Shown here: piece after piece, positions 21,661 through 33,759 of the stretch | How the letters are laid out: every line of letters starts with the position of its first letter | Numbering within the stretch: the stretch's first letter is position 1 | Assembly: GCA_001600815.1 (NCBI GenBank) | Contig: BCKZ01000005.1 | Span: 443,532-494,174 of the forward strand | DNA length: 50,643 nt | Direction of reading: 5' to 3' | From: Alloascoidea hylecoeti | Lineage: Eukaryota | Made by a program: the position numbers and the translations under genes | The notes under the pieces: model-generated | The model's database searches: none | What the model was told of the DNA's origin: nothing | Seen by the model: only the letters and a program-made list of their open reading frames with translations

Positions 21661-23445
21661 CTATAGTAGAGATTTCCTCAGAATTTACATAGTTTCTAGT
21701 TATATAATTTAATTGGAAAATATATGAAGTCAAAAAAAAAAGAGTTAAAGAGAAGTTAAGAAGAAGAAGAGGTTTTATACTCTATAAGTGATTTCCTCAA
21801 TTTAATAGTTTTTAATTAAAAGTTTTAATCGGAAATTATATGTAAAATTGAAAAGAAAACAAATAATAATGAGGAAAAGAATTAAGGATGTATAGAAAGT
21901 AAAAATATTACTAGACTCAGTAGACTGTCTATTAATTCTGTCAGTCAACAGATATAAGAAAAAATTAGGGTAATTATAAAACCGAATAGATGAGTGAAGA
22001 AATACCCAGACTTGAGCTCATAGAACGAAGATGGGCATGAATGGGTAAAATATCAAAAAAGCCTACAAGAAAACACAATAGATTCATATGTTTAGCATAG
22101 GATACGTAACCCAAATGATTCACTCAAATTAGCGAGAAAAAAGGCGGTGGCACAAATCAGATATGTATAACTTATTCCAACAAGGAAAAGATGATATACT
22201 ATTGCGACATCTGCTTGAAGAATGCTCAACCATAAAAATACTAAAGAGAAAAATGCCATGATCTGACAGGGTAGGACTCAAAACATTAATAGTAAACCAC
22301 AAATAAGTAAGGATTGAAAAGAAGGGCCAATATATAGAAAAGGTATTAGAAATGATTTGGAATTAAAGAAGAGCATAAGATATGTAGAGACATCACCTCA
22401 AAAATTAAATAACATAGGCTGAGGAATTTTAATATTCAAGTCATAGAGAAAATATAACAATAAAAAAATTAAAACTAACGGTAGTTTAAATAATTTAGTC
22501 AAAAAATAAAAGAAGAAAAAGAAAAATGAAGACTTATAAGATCCTATATAAAGATGTAGAGGTTTTTTTGCTTTATGTGTGATTTTTTCTTGAATAGTTT
22601 CTAGTTAGAAGTTTTAATTGGATTGGATATAAAAAATATTAAAAAAAATAAAGAGAGAGAGCACAAACCGCAAAATAAAGATCACTGGTACTCAATGTTA
22701 AAAGGTAAAGAAACATTAAGAAAGCCTACAAAAATACCCAAATTTAAACAACAATGTGCCCTCAGCCTTAATTAGCATAGGATAGCCCATAATTATATTT
22801 GTATGGTTTAGTTCATTATAAGTTTGAACACGCTTAAATCTACCTCCCCACCCCCATACTAGTATCATGCTTATAACTTTTTTTAAAATATCCAATTATT
22901 AGATATTACAAAATAATATCTCTCTAAATATTTTGGATGAAAGACTTATAATCATAAGTAATATTCTTTGTTAAAAAGTATGAGCAAAAAATGAATTAAA
23001 GGTAAAATTTCTTTGCCTATAGGTTTATAGACTAGAGCATATTGAAAGTAAGATATCAATGAGGAAGCATGGGTTAAGGGTTAAGTCCCAATCATATTTA
23101 TTAGACTTAAGAGTCAAAATATAATTGGCATAAAGTTGAGACCTGTTCATTCTAAAATTTTCTTAACAATGAAGAAAAACGGAGAGTGAGGGGTTATGCC
23201 TTTTGTTGATTATTTGTAAAATGCTATCTGTTAAGACATCAAATTCTCCTTCACGGTAATAGATGTGATTTTTTCTGAGTATTTTAGTGGCAATAATATT
23301 TGGACAATTTGCCTTATTAGATTTTCCTAACATTATAAATTTCCAATAAAATTCTAACTAGAAACTATATGTTTAGATGAATAGCTCACTCTTATTGTGA
23401 AAACCCCCTGCATATATCTTCTCTCCGTTTTTAGAGACAAATAAT
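21661..23445 (+). mobile_element. Array of 5'-truncated non-LTR retrotransposon 3' ends upstream of tRNA-Met
   Basis: Units at about 21661-21741 (A10 tail), 21742-21870, 21870-22652 (A-rich tail), 22655-23310, and an inverted unit at 23341-23445. They share GAGGTTTT..GTGATTT..ATAGTTTCTAGTTA..TTTAATTGGA. The long unit encodes a decayed CCHC finger [Y]NL[F]QQGKDDILLRHLLEEC and LELKKSI..TSPQKLNNIG*GILI. Confidence 0.7.
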
Positions 23446-24171
23446 AATAAAAATAGTTAGCTAGCTGAAAAAATTCTGGTTTTATTAAAGGTATCACAAA
23501 AAAAAACTAATACTTTAATACTAGACAATAAAAAAAAATATAATATCTAGAATTAAAGCACTAAGACCAAGAAAAGATCTATATGACACCATAATCGCAA
23601 GGATTTCTGTCTACGTCTAGAATAGAGTGGAGATCTAGTCGTGTACCAAATAATTAAATTTTATAAATACCTGGGAAAGTATACAGATTCAAAAGGTGAC
23701 AGGGTAAAGTAGTGAAAGATAAAAAATTAGACATTTAATATTAGGTAGTTATACGAATGAAGATAAATAGATGTAAGGACTTACCGGTTTTAATTATATT
23801 ACACTTTGTATGCAGATGATCGGTTTAGGAGGTCAAATAAATCATGTCCGTTATAGCATGGATGTGCTAATTATGTAGATTCTGACCAAAATTATATAAA
23901 TTTTACATACACAATACTACACATTAATAGCTGTTATATCTACCAGCTCTAGTATTTTGAACTTAATTATAGAGATATACAGGAGGACAAAGTAAAAAGT
24001 TGTGTCATAATTTTGGGCACCAAATTAAAATGGAAATAAGGTATAAGCAGCTACTGAGAAAAGGCACACAATACCTTGAACGGTTCTTACAATAGTAGAC
24101 GTTCACAGTGCACCATAAATTCTATGGGTTCAAATCATTCTATTGCTCTATATGAAATGACATTTCAAGCT

Positions 24172-24812
24172 TGGGTTTAGTACTAGTTCCCTTACATCAT
24201 AAACAGCTGTAACTCTACGAAGTATGGAGTCAATCAGATTCTCAATGATATCCTGATCCATGAGGTTTCAGTAGTTTGAAAGAGGCTCAAATAATGGATT
24301 TTCCTCCACATGTGTGACTATTATTGAGCATATGTTTTACTGGATATGGATTTTATAACGACCGAACATTTGTCACTGAATACAACACCCTCCCAAATAT
24401 TATTTCTTTCTATTTCTCCGGCTCTTGTCATTCAGATAAAACATTTTAGGTGCTAGAAATGTTCCATATCCAAGTTTTGTCAAAACAGTTATTATGGTGG
24501 TCTTTAATATGAGTGCTGAACATTGAAGCTAGACCGTATTCAAGGGGGCTTTTACAACCCTCAGAATTTGATTTACTCCCTTTTCACAAAATTATGTAGG
24601 CTTTTTTCTTTCAAAGAGGAGTGTTTTAGCATATGTCTGCATTGTGCTGTTAACCACACAGTTGAAGGGTTAATATTAAGCTTCCTGCTTATTTTGGAAA
24701 TTAAGAAACCATCATTACTCAAATTACATCTTGCAATATGCTAAAATAATTGTCATTGCTTTTTAGAATTTATGTTACCTGAGATATCGTTCAACCTAAT
24801 TCTAGAAGTCAT
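24172..24812 (-). mobile_element. Internally deleted, decayed Tc1/mariner transposase
   Basis: Motifs in order: MTSRIRLNDISGN, HTH GFLISKISRKLNINPSTVW, TIITVLTKLGY...YLNDKSRRNR, first catalytic motif WEGVVFSDK, C-terminal IIENLIDSILRRVTAVY. Stops and frameshifts are present and the central DDE region is missing. Confidence 0.75.
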
Positions 24813-25065
24813 CCTTTAATATGTTTAAAGAGATGGTTTTTCTTGGAGTAGTATCCAAAAATAAATTTTGGCCTTACCCTAAGCTTCTATTCCTACGTAA
24901 ATAATATTAATTAGATACAATTTATAAACTTGAGTTATAGTATAATATTAATATTTAAAAAACTTGTGAATAAAATATAATTACATCTACATTTTAATTA
25001 TAGGAGTATTTTGAAAAATGGTAGATCAATCTAAAATACAGCTATAGCCTATAGGTACCGGTATC

Positions 25066-25068
<3 letters not shown>

Positions 25069-25099
<31 letters not shown>
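25069..25099. repeat. (AT)15 microsatellite
   Basis: Perfect AT dinucleotide run. Confidence 0.95.
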
Positions 25100-25102
<3 letters not shown>

Positions 25103-25585
25103 CTAGCCCAGTTAATTACAGTTATGATTTTTTGTGGTGTAATTTTATAACTATGGAGAGGTTTTATATTATAATTAGCTTCTACTATAAGACCTCCTGG
25201 GGCACCAAATAATGTGATGATCCTATATGACTAAAGGTGACCAATGTGATAGCTAAGAAATCGTCATCCCAACGGCGGTCACAGGAAAAACCGTGGCTTA
25301 TATTACATAAATTTTATTTCTTACAAATCTAATTTTTATGTTTTCTACTTGAAAAATACGAATACGTTTAATGTCACAACAATGACATTTTTTCCAAATC
25401 TAGGGTTTACAAGAGACCCACCAAAAGCGCTTAAAATGGATCGGAGAGGTGTGATATTCTGCAATTGTGTCGCCGATTCCCTTCAAACTTAGCCGTTGAT
25501 CTGTGTATCTTAACTACAAGATTAATATGTATTTATAATAGAATTCTGTTAAATATAAATATATTTATGATTATAATTTATAATG

Positions 25586-26462
25586 TTAATTGGATATATT
25601 TTTTTTTTCTTTTTTTTCTTTTCTTGCAGTAATTCTCATTCCTTGAGAAGCAAAATGTTTACTTAATTTTGTACTATCAATCACACCAGGAAATCTTTTT
25701 ACTGTATATACCTGAAATATATTTGAATAACAGGTGGATTTAACTGCTAAAGTGTTTTCAACAGCTAGAGAGCCATCATCGGATGAACCGATATCCGAAA
25801 GTTGATATAAGTGGAATTTCAAACGAAAGAATCCTTCGGATCTAATCGATAGATCATTGAAAATAAACCAAATTCCAGGATTTTGTTCAAGATCATTTAG
25901 TTTAAAAGCAGTTGCCGTCAAACAACCAATTAAATTTTTAGATGGAGGTTGTAGGTTTAAAGGTTGAATGTAACTATAGAGATCCTCTTCATAAGGATGT
26001 TTAGAATGATGTTCACGATGCCCTTTGGATTTTCTTTTTGAAATTGAAGAGGACGAATCAACATTTATTTTAACTTTAGAACCATCCAACTGATTATTAT
26101 AATTTGAATTGGAAGAATAACCATTATTGGTGTGATCGTGGAAGCTCTCCTGCACTAACGAACGGTTTCGTGTTTCATCAGGTGACCGTAATTCAGTTAT
26201 CAGAACAAAAGTCGAGGTGTCAATACTATTCGGATCTAATTCCTCATTTGTATCGGAATCATAAATAGAAAGACGAACGAAAGGAGGAGGGGAAATTGGT
26301 CGACGATCCTAAATATGTAAAAATAATAAGAAATTGATCGTTAGAATTCCAAAACTAATTGCAATTAGTTGTAAATGAACATACTTTATCACCGAAACCA
26401 CATGTCCTAGCCCGAACAGGTTGCTGAACTACTTGAAGTTTATAGCTGATACCTTTAGTCAT
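25586..26462 (-). CDS. velB: Velvet-domain regulator VelB, 266 aa; exons 26462-26385 and 26308-25586
   Basis: Exon 1 MTKGISYKLQVVQQPVRARTCGFGDK; 76-nt intron GTATGT...TTCTAAC...TAG (26384-26309); exon 2 DRRPISPPPFVRL... with a split velvet domain (NLIGCLTATAF, GIWFIFNDLSIRSEGFFRLKF, KRFPGVIDST.LSK.FA.QG). Confidence 0.9.
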
Positions 26463-28049
26463 TTCTTTTTAATATCAATTGTTTTCTGAAAATATATAAA
26501 GAAGTGACAGAACGAAAGTTATTTATATATTTATTCAGGGAGCTAAATACCGATATATCATCTATATAATTATACACATTTGATGTAATTACTTAAAGTC
26601 CGTATAGCTATATAATTCACAATCCACATGTTTTGCCTATAGCTAGTATATACTTATATATTCTAAACATTTTAGATCTTATGTGTATTTCTATATTGCG
26701 CCTGCAGCTGATTAGCATGTTACGACTTTTAACTCACACAAAAACAGTTTTTGAAATTATTTAATAGAATACTCTTTGCAATTTACAAATTTTTTTCCAT
26801 ACTCTGAGACATGACTGTTTAAATTTATTAAAACATTACAATTATTATTTTTTCCGGTCTACCATATGTTTAATACCACATCTTATATTCATAATTGGCT
26901 ACATTCTACTTCTATTTTTTCACACCCTTCAATTCACAAATATATTAATTTTATATAAAATAATATTTTTTGAGATTCAAATTATAAATCAAATAAATAT
27001 CGAATGAAAACAACTGAAAGCTTACGTCCTAACTTTTATCGGGAAGTAAATGCGGTTTACGAGAAGTATACTATTATATTCATAATTAGAACTATATAGA
27101 ATATATTTATTAACATTTATATTTATAGTTCTATATATATATAAATGGTATTACAATAAAATGACAGATAATATAAAATGACTAAACATGTTATAAATTT
27201 ATACTTATAGCTAACTATCTATATCTGTTAACGTTATTTCACAGCTATAAGAATAGATTGTAAATTTAATAGCCAACGACCAAATTTAAACGTCAACTGA
27301 ATGTTCTATTTTCTAAATGTCATTAAACACAGTTGCAATTCGTATCAATATTACATAACTAATATATTACTGTACCTTATATTATTTTATACTGTATATT
27401 GACCCATGTATAAATTTAAATTAAAAACAAAATGTATAAAACTTCACATGTATGCATCCGTTTCAAAAGGCTATAAAGGCAAAAACCAGACAATAATTAA
27501 AATTTAGTAAGCATATGAGAATCTTGCTTTGAACGTACTGTTATGCAATCTATTTACAGATCTTGCAATCCCAATCGCCCATTTTGAGGTTTGTGAAGAT
27601 GAACATGAATAGCCAGGATTTAATGTCTAACTTATTAGTCCCAAAATTAGAATATAATACTACCACGGCGGAAATCATAATAACTAGCTTTCTGAACATT
27701 ATAAGAATTTATGACTATCACACAAAGTCCAAAGCAAAAAGAATCTTAATGATTAAATTTAAACTTATAATTATAATTTATTAATTGATCATTAAGTTTG
27801 AGATTAGTTGCTAAACGTCTCTGACGATCTTTGTATAATATATATAATGCATATGTATTCTCGTCTAGAAGAGGAGTACTTTTGATGAAGATAGTTTGAA
27901 TGGTACTGCATATAGAATTCGGTAAAATATATTTAAATGTTATAACTGTCTTAATCAATATAGCTATAGCTACTAGCTAGCTTTGGCGAACCATAACATT
28001 AGATACGTTATGTTGGTTTAAAAAATTGAAAGGGAAATTTTTAAAGTAA

Positions 28050-29090
28050 TGATAATGATCATGCGAGGTATCCATGGCTGTCAAGTACAACAAGAAAGAC
28101 ATTTCTATGCTACAATTTCTAAAATTCAGATTTCATTCAAAATCAATCAAATTATTATATAAATGGATTCTTTCAATGTCAAATAGATTAGAAGCTATTC
28201 CTTTATCTATGTGCGTGGTGAAAAACTTTGGGCTCCTTGAATATTTAAAGTTAAGAGATTCGCTCGAGCTCATCATATATAGATCATATACAGTCAACCC
28301 ACTAATCATGAACCGCCATGAACAAAAAGTAAATCTATCTGACAATAAAACAATTGAATCCAAAGACGAAATAATCGGACATAAATATTTTTTTTATATC
28401 TGGGTATATTTATTGTAAACCGATTAATCTATAACTATGAGGTTACCTTACTATTTGTGGGGACAGGTACCTGATTTATTGGAATAATAATAGCCTCCTT
28501 TTGGGAGATTGGAATTTCTCTTTACATTAAACTTTTGTGATATTTCTCTTCTTTTCCTTTTTGATTATGTTTTGGTGATCCTTATTTCCGTTGATAATTA
28601 TTTTCTTTGTGTATTCCACAGTGAATCCACACTATTTCAATTATTGTACTTAAACCCCTTACTAAAACTTTAAACTAATAACATATTCTATCTTATATCT
28701 AATAAAAGGAAAGTTCAACTATAGTTGAAGAACGTTTGTTTCAATAGCGTAAAACCTGAGGTAATATTCACTGAAACCCTTCATAGTGATTTGATGATAT
28801 TAGCCCTTGAATATTATTGAGAATCATAATATGGAGATGAAAAGAGATTACTAGGGCTTACAGGTTGCAATTCTATTGAAGATATATCAAGGCTTCAACT
28901 ATGCTTCCTTCTTCCTGATTGTTTTAACAGGAATGTCTCCGATTGTCGAAAAGTGTGCATTTGTTGAACTGTGTGGGACTCCTCCACCTTACGCTGACAA
29001 ATAAATTGTCAGTATATGGAACCCGAAGAAAATATAATCCATAGAAGAACTGTCGGTTTTTTTGGTCTGATACAAGAGATTCAACCTCTA
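28050..29090 (+). mobile_element. Decayed pogo/Fot1-type (CENP-B HTH + DDE_1) transposase
   Basis: Degenerate motifs in the expected order across frameshifts: MAVKYN, LYKWILSMSNR..IP, IIG, IYNY[D]E, ESSTIVE..KPEVIF, ALEY, KRLLGLTGCNS (for RLLILDGHGSH), FLLP, MSPI (for LQPL). Confidence 0.55.
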
Positions 29091-29094
29091 CGTT

Positions 29095-29110
29095 ACATAT
29101 TTTTTTTTTC
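29095..29110. repeat. Left target-site duplication ACATATTTTTTTTTTC
   Basis: Identical 16-mer at 33560-33575. Reads (G)AAAAAAAAAATATGT on the element strand. Confidence 0.85.
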
Positions 29111-29410
29111 AAGTAGCCATTAACGCTCTATATAAGACTGCTTTATCTATAAATACTATATTTATAACAACCAAAAAATGTGAAAATAAAAAGACCTATT
29201 ACTAGGCAAAAATACCTATTACTAATGTTATAGGTTCACTCTTTTTTGAGTATTGTTGTTACTTTATTATAGTATTATTGCCACCATTTCCAACTTCTTA
29301 CTCAATCAATACGAATAAAGGATGTCATATGTATACATCTTTCCTCTTTTTCTTTTTTTGTCCGTAGCACCTAAGTGATTCAGAACAAAGCTTTGTGGAG
29401 TCCGTTTCAA

Positions 29411-31942
29411 TCATTTTACACCATTGTAATTCTGATAAACTATTCTCCTGTTGATAATATCTTCTGTGATATTTTCTAACCAAAAAAACTGTTTTACCGC
29501 TCTTAATATTAATTCTTTTTTTTCCTTATGGTTAAAATCAAGAAAAGATTTCACTTCAATTTCCTTTTCTTTTAGTTCTATCACCTTTTGGTTATAGGAC
29601 CATATTTTCTTTGTAATTTCACATGTCAAGAAAACATGTCCAAAGGATCATTCCAACTTTTCACAGCAGGGACATCTTTTGTCTTTAAGGTTGTTGTAAA
29701 AATGTAAATATGAAACCACTGCAGAATATTTGGTAGTCATTACGTTTGATAAATATAGGTTATTTTTGTGGATTGTTTTCCATAGCAAATCCCATCTATT
29801 GACTCCAATTGTGTAGGTTTTTTCCATTTTGGTACTAATACTTTTTGGTTTGCTTTGAAAAATGTTTTACAAATGCTCAACTGAATTTGTCGAGCACTTC
29901 ATTTTGTAGACCAATGAAGTCCTCTACTTTTAAAATTTGGGTTTTTGCTGATTTATCTATCAATTCCATGGATTGATTGAATTCTTTAATTGACCTTAAA
30001 CTTTTATTTTTAATATATTGTTGGTTTATGTCACCAACTTTTGTGGTGTCCCAGAAATGGGCTATATGTGTTCCAGGGCTGAATTATTTTGAGGTTTTGC
30101 TTAAAGCATTGGAGGTAATGCACATTTTCTGTCGAAAATTTTTCATGAAAATATTTATTATTGATTGAAAACATTTGATCCCAATCCAGGTGTATTAAAT
30201 TATCATTTTTAGCTTTTTTTTCTTTTTCCATTATTTTATTTGCTAATATTGAGGCTTTTACCCCATGAAATATCATTTGTTCCCTGATTGTGATTTGGAG
30301 ATCCTCATCGTCATTGGTTAGTAATGATGATAAATAATAGGAATGACGGCCTTTCTGTTCAATCATTAGGTCTATCAGACCATAACCTCCACTCTTTGCA
30401 GGAGTCGTCAACACTTTGAGCGATACTTGTCCATATGTACCTATATTATTTTTAATTATTTTCATAATGTCGTTCAAGATACCTTTTGGGGTGGTGAAAT
30501 TCCATAAGAAAAGGCGTCTTGGACATAACGTAAATATTTACTATGATGCACCTCGTTCGTATATTATTATGATGGTGAAATAAAAAATCCAACCTTGATT
30601 TAATATTGTTAATCATCTCTTCCCAGATTTTTCCGGGGTTCACACCTCTACCCATTGTTATTCCCAAATATTTAAAACTGTTAACGATTTCAAACTTGTG
30701 TATTTGTGATTGATTATTTATAGAACACTTGGTGTCCATTGGAAAGTATATTTTTGTTTTCCCAGCATTAACTACCGAACCAGATGAACGTTTATAAAGA
30801 GATAGTGCCCTATCAAGGACAAGTTCGTCGTCTCTGGAATTAATATAAATTGATAAGTCGTCTGCGAATAAGCTCACTTTAAGTGAGCGGTGGTTTTTTA
30901 TAGCCGATATAGACGTAACAGGTCATTTAGTGATTGCCCTTGAATGTTGATTTTTGTAATTTGTTGAGCTTTCTCTATTTCATTTTCATTTATGGACTAG
31001 ACCCCTTGTTCTTAAGTATAAAAGTCAGTTCCCTCGCAAGTTTCTTTATTTCGGATTTTTTAACCATCCAATGTTTATAGGCTGGAAATTCTTCCGGCAA
31101 TCGAATGTGTCCTTTACAAATGTAACGAACATTATCAGCATTGTAAAGCAGAGATCTGCTAATGGAAAAGGGTCTATTGTTCCTAGAGAGATTAGAGGTG
31201 GGTTCCAATTTCATATTGATCGCAAAATGGGTAGAGTGTTTCTTGTTGGATATCGAAGATTTTGTAAGATCGTTTGTTAGAGAGGAAGATATATAAAATC
31301 TGTCCAGTCTTCTTCTTGCTGATATTGCAGATTGAATATTGGAAAATTGTTTCTTTGTTGGGTTTAATTCTCTAAAAGAATCAATTAAAGAATATTGACT
31401 CAGAAGTTCTTGTAGCTGACTGACTCCTTGATATTTAATTCTAGTGGGAACCGAAGAGTCAAGAGAAGGTAATTCAACACAGTTGAAGTCACCTCCCCAT
31501 ATTAATTGGTGCTTTGATACGCGTTGGATAAAAGGTTTCATTGATTCGAAATATTCTATTCTTTCGTGGCCGGTGCATGGTACATGGGAATTGATGATGG
31601 TGATAAAATCCTTTTGGTATTCTATGTGAATAAGGGAGGTATGTGCTTGAAAAGTATAGCGAAATGGTTCTCTAATATTTTGAGCGAAAGAGTTCCATAT
31701 TTGGTGTTTTGGTATTTTTGTGGAAACATGTTTTAATTAGAATGATTGTCAAGTTTGAATAAGCCATCTCAATTTCGATTTCCTAGAGCTGCTTTCTTAA
31801 GCTGAGGAAGTCTCAGCCTCGGGTTTCTTGTTATAATAAAATTGTTAAATTGTCATTTTGCATAAACTAGTTAATAATTAACGATTGAGTTAATTTTGAG
31901 AATCTTCCCACATTTTGAGGAAATATTTATATATTCAGACAT
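29411..31942 (-). pseudogene. LINE ORF2 (APE endonuclease - reverse transcriptase - CCHC finger), disrupted
   Basis: ATG at 31942 (MSEYINISS..NV, ILL*QET), GGDFN, LIDSFR, RLDRFY, STH, SLFADD, FKYLGI, KSGGYGLID, CPCC...HVFLTC. Contains stops and frameshifts, and RT subdomains upstream of FADD are deleted near 30880-30990. Confidence 0.88.
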
Positions 31943-31949
31943 TAATAAT

Positions 31950-33460
31950 TTAAAGAAGATGGTGGTACGCTATTTGGCCCAGCTGGTGAACCCTTTTGTA
32001 TAGTTGTATCAGCGTTAATTTATTAAAATGAGATCTATTATTCACTTTAGTAGGGCTTGAGTGATGACTCCTAGAGCGTAGACATCTAGGAGTTCCAGGA
32101 GATTCCTCGGGGGATATTAATGGCCTCGCAGGGATATGATTAGTGTTATTAAATATGTTAATGTCTGTTACCGGTTGAGTAGCAGTAACCGTATGTTCAG
32201 GAAGATCTATAGTATCTGATACAACACTAGAATCCAATGAAAAGTTTTCTGGGTACCCTTCTGCTTCGGAATCTGTGATATCCATTGTTTCAGTAGCCTC
32301 CATTTGGTTGGGGATATGTGGTTCATCCTTGTTAGATGATGACATGTTCAAAAGGGGATTCTTTTCTGATTTCAAATCTGCAGCAAAGGCGGCATCTTCA
32401 TTTTCAGAAGAATCTTCGGCCATGGTAAAGTCATCCGAGGATTCACTATTGGGAGATTCGTCAGCCTCCGATTCCAACATCCGCAATAGGAGTAGATGGT
32501 CTTGACGGATAAGCGTTTTGTTTTTTGGGGTTTTTCTTTCTTAATGGGGTGGAGATTTTAAGTGGAGGAGCGGGTGCTTGCAGATTCTCCTCAATTGGGT
32601 CCGGATCCCTCAGATGTTCGAGGACGCCAAAAGGATTTTTTTCTAAATAGGGATGGGAGGTGTTTGCCGGAACGGATGCCTGAGCAACCTTGTGAGCCTT
32701 CTTTTTCCTATCATTACCATCAGCAACGCGGGGGGAGGATTAGCGGCTTGTTGCTGCTGAGTTCTCGCGCCACCAGAAACAATTGGCAAATGATAAACAA
32801 GCTGTTGGGGACAACTTGCTTTACCGTGGAAAAGTGAATTGCAATGAATACTATATAGCTTTCCGTTTGGCTTCACGTGAAGTCGGAAAGAGTGAGCAAT
32901 GGATCTACCTCGAGAGGTAACCTTAAAGTTGTTACTACCTTTGGAATAGTAGTGGGTGCGTGCATCATCGGGAACTTCTACTAAGAGAAAGTTTGGTGCT
33001 TTAACGATAATCTGAGATAGATTGTCTGTATCATTCAAATTGTTTGCAAGAAAAGCAATTGGTTGACAAAATTGGTCAATTGTTTCTGCAAGTTCTTTTT
33101 CCACTTCTGCAATATGGATGGGGGCGTCCGTAGTAATGACCGCCACCTTTAACAAAGGGTTGATTCTTTCCATAGGAAGGATTTGGGCCAAAGCGTAAAA
33201 TGATAATGAGTTCATTATCTTAATGATACCGGACGCGTGCAAAGGCGACCAATTGGTCTCCCCTGTTACAAAAATAAGGTAATTTCACCTTTTTACCAGT
33301 AAGCTTCTTTTCCACATCGTTTTGGAATCATCGATGGTCTTATTATCAGAAATGATTAATCGGTATAGTAAAGCTCTCGGGTTGTTTGCCGCAACTTCGG
33401 CATGGCGTAACATACTATGCACCTCATTAACAATGGAGGCAAAGAGGGGGGCTTTGATCA
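31950..33460 (-). pseudogene. LINE ORF1 (gag-like), disrupted
   Basis: Frameshifted ORF fragments 33242-32643 and 32486-31950, a degenerate knuckle [S]IHCNSLFHGKASC and an acidic Ser/Pro-rich tail. Stops 7 nt before the ORF2 ATG. 5' limit approximate. Confidence 0.65.
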
Positions 33461-33559
33461 CTGTTTCCCTGTTGGGGGGCCAGTGACAAGATACGGTTTA
33501 GTTTTAGGTACCTTTTTGTCTCAAATAAAGACAAATTAAAATATTATTTTTTCTGGGGC

Positions 33560-33575
33560 ACATATTTTTTTTTTC
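33560..33575. repeat. Right target-site duplication ACATATTTTTTTTTTC
   Basis: Identical to 29095-29110. Confidence 0.85.
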
Positions 33576-33644
33576 CACATAGGCTACCCAGTTATGTCGA
33601 TTAAAAATCGAAAAAAGAAAATTTCGGTTCATTTGATAATATAA

Positions 33645-33715
33645 TGCGTCAGCCCGGAGTCGAACCGGGGGCTCTTCGATGGCAACGAAGAATTTTACCG
33701 CTAAACCACTAACGC
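33645..33715 (-). tRNA. tRNA-Gly(GCC)
   Basis: Reverse complement GCGTTAGTGGTTTAGCGGTAAAATTCTTCGTTGCCATCGAAGAGCCCCCGGTTCGACTCCGGGCTGACGCA folds as a cloverleaf with a GCC anticodon. T6 terminator at 33611-33616. Confidence 0.95.
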
Positions 33716-33759
33716 TTTAATTATCTCTGTGAAGGAACAATCATGATATCATCATTATT

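Larger units (their letters stand above)
29111..33559 (-). mobile_element. L1-clade (Zorro/Ylli-like) non-LTR retrotransposon, both ends present, inactive
   Basis: ORF1 and ORF2 remnants (APE endonuclease, RT, CCHC finger) bounded by perfect direct repeats that start with an A10 run on the element strand. Confidence 0.88.

Noticed and set aside
23790..23845. LYADD-like reading suggesting an RT fragment
   Set aside because: Isolated motif with no other RT motifs nearby.
21632..33730. TGT at 21632 and 33728, 8-12 bp upstream of the tRNAs, as Ty3-like solo LTR starts
   Set aside because: No matching CA end with a 5-bp TSD was found. The downstream repeats have A-tails, variable 5' ends and coding remnants, which fit LINE 3' ends better.
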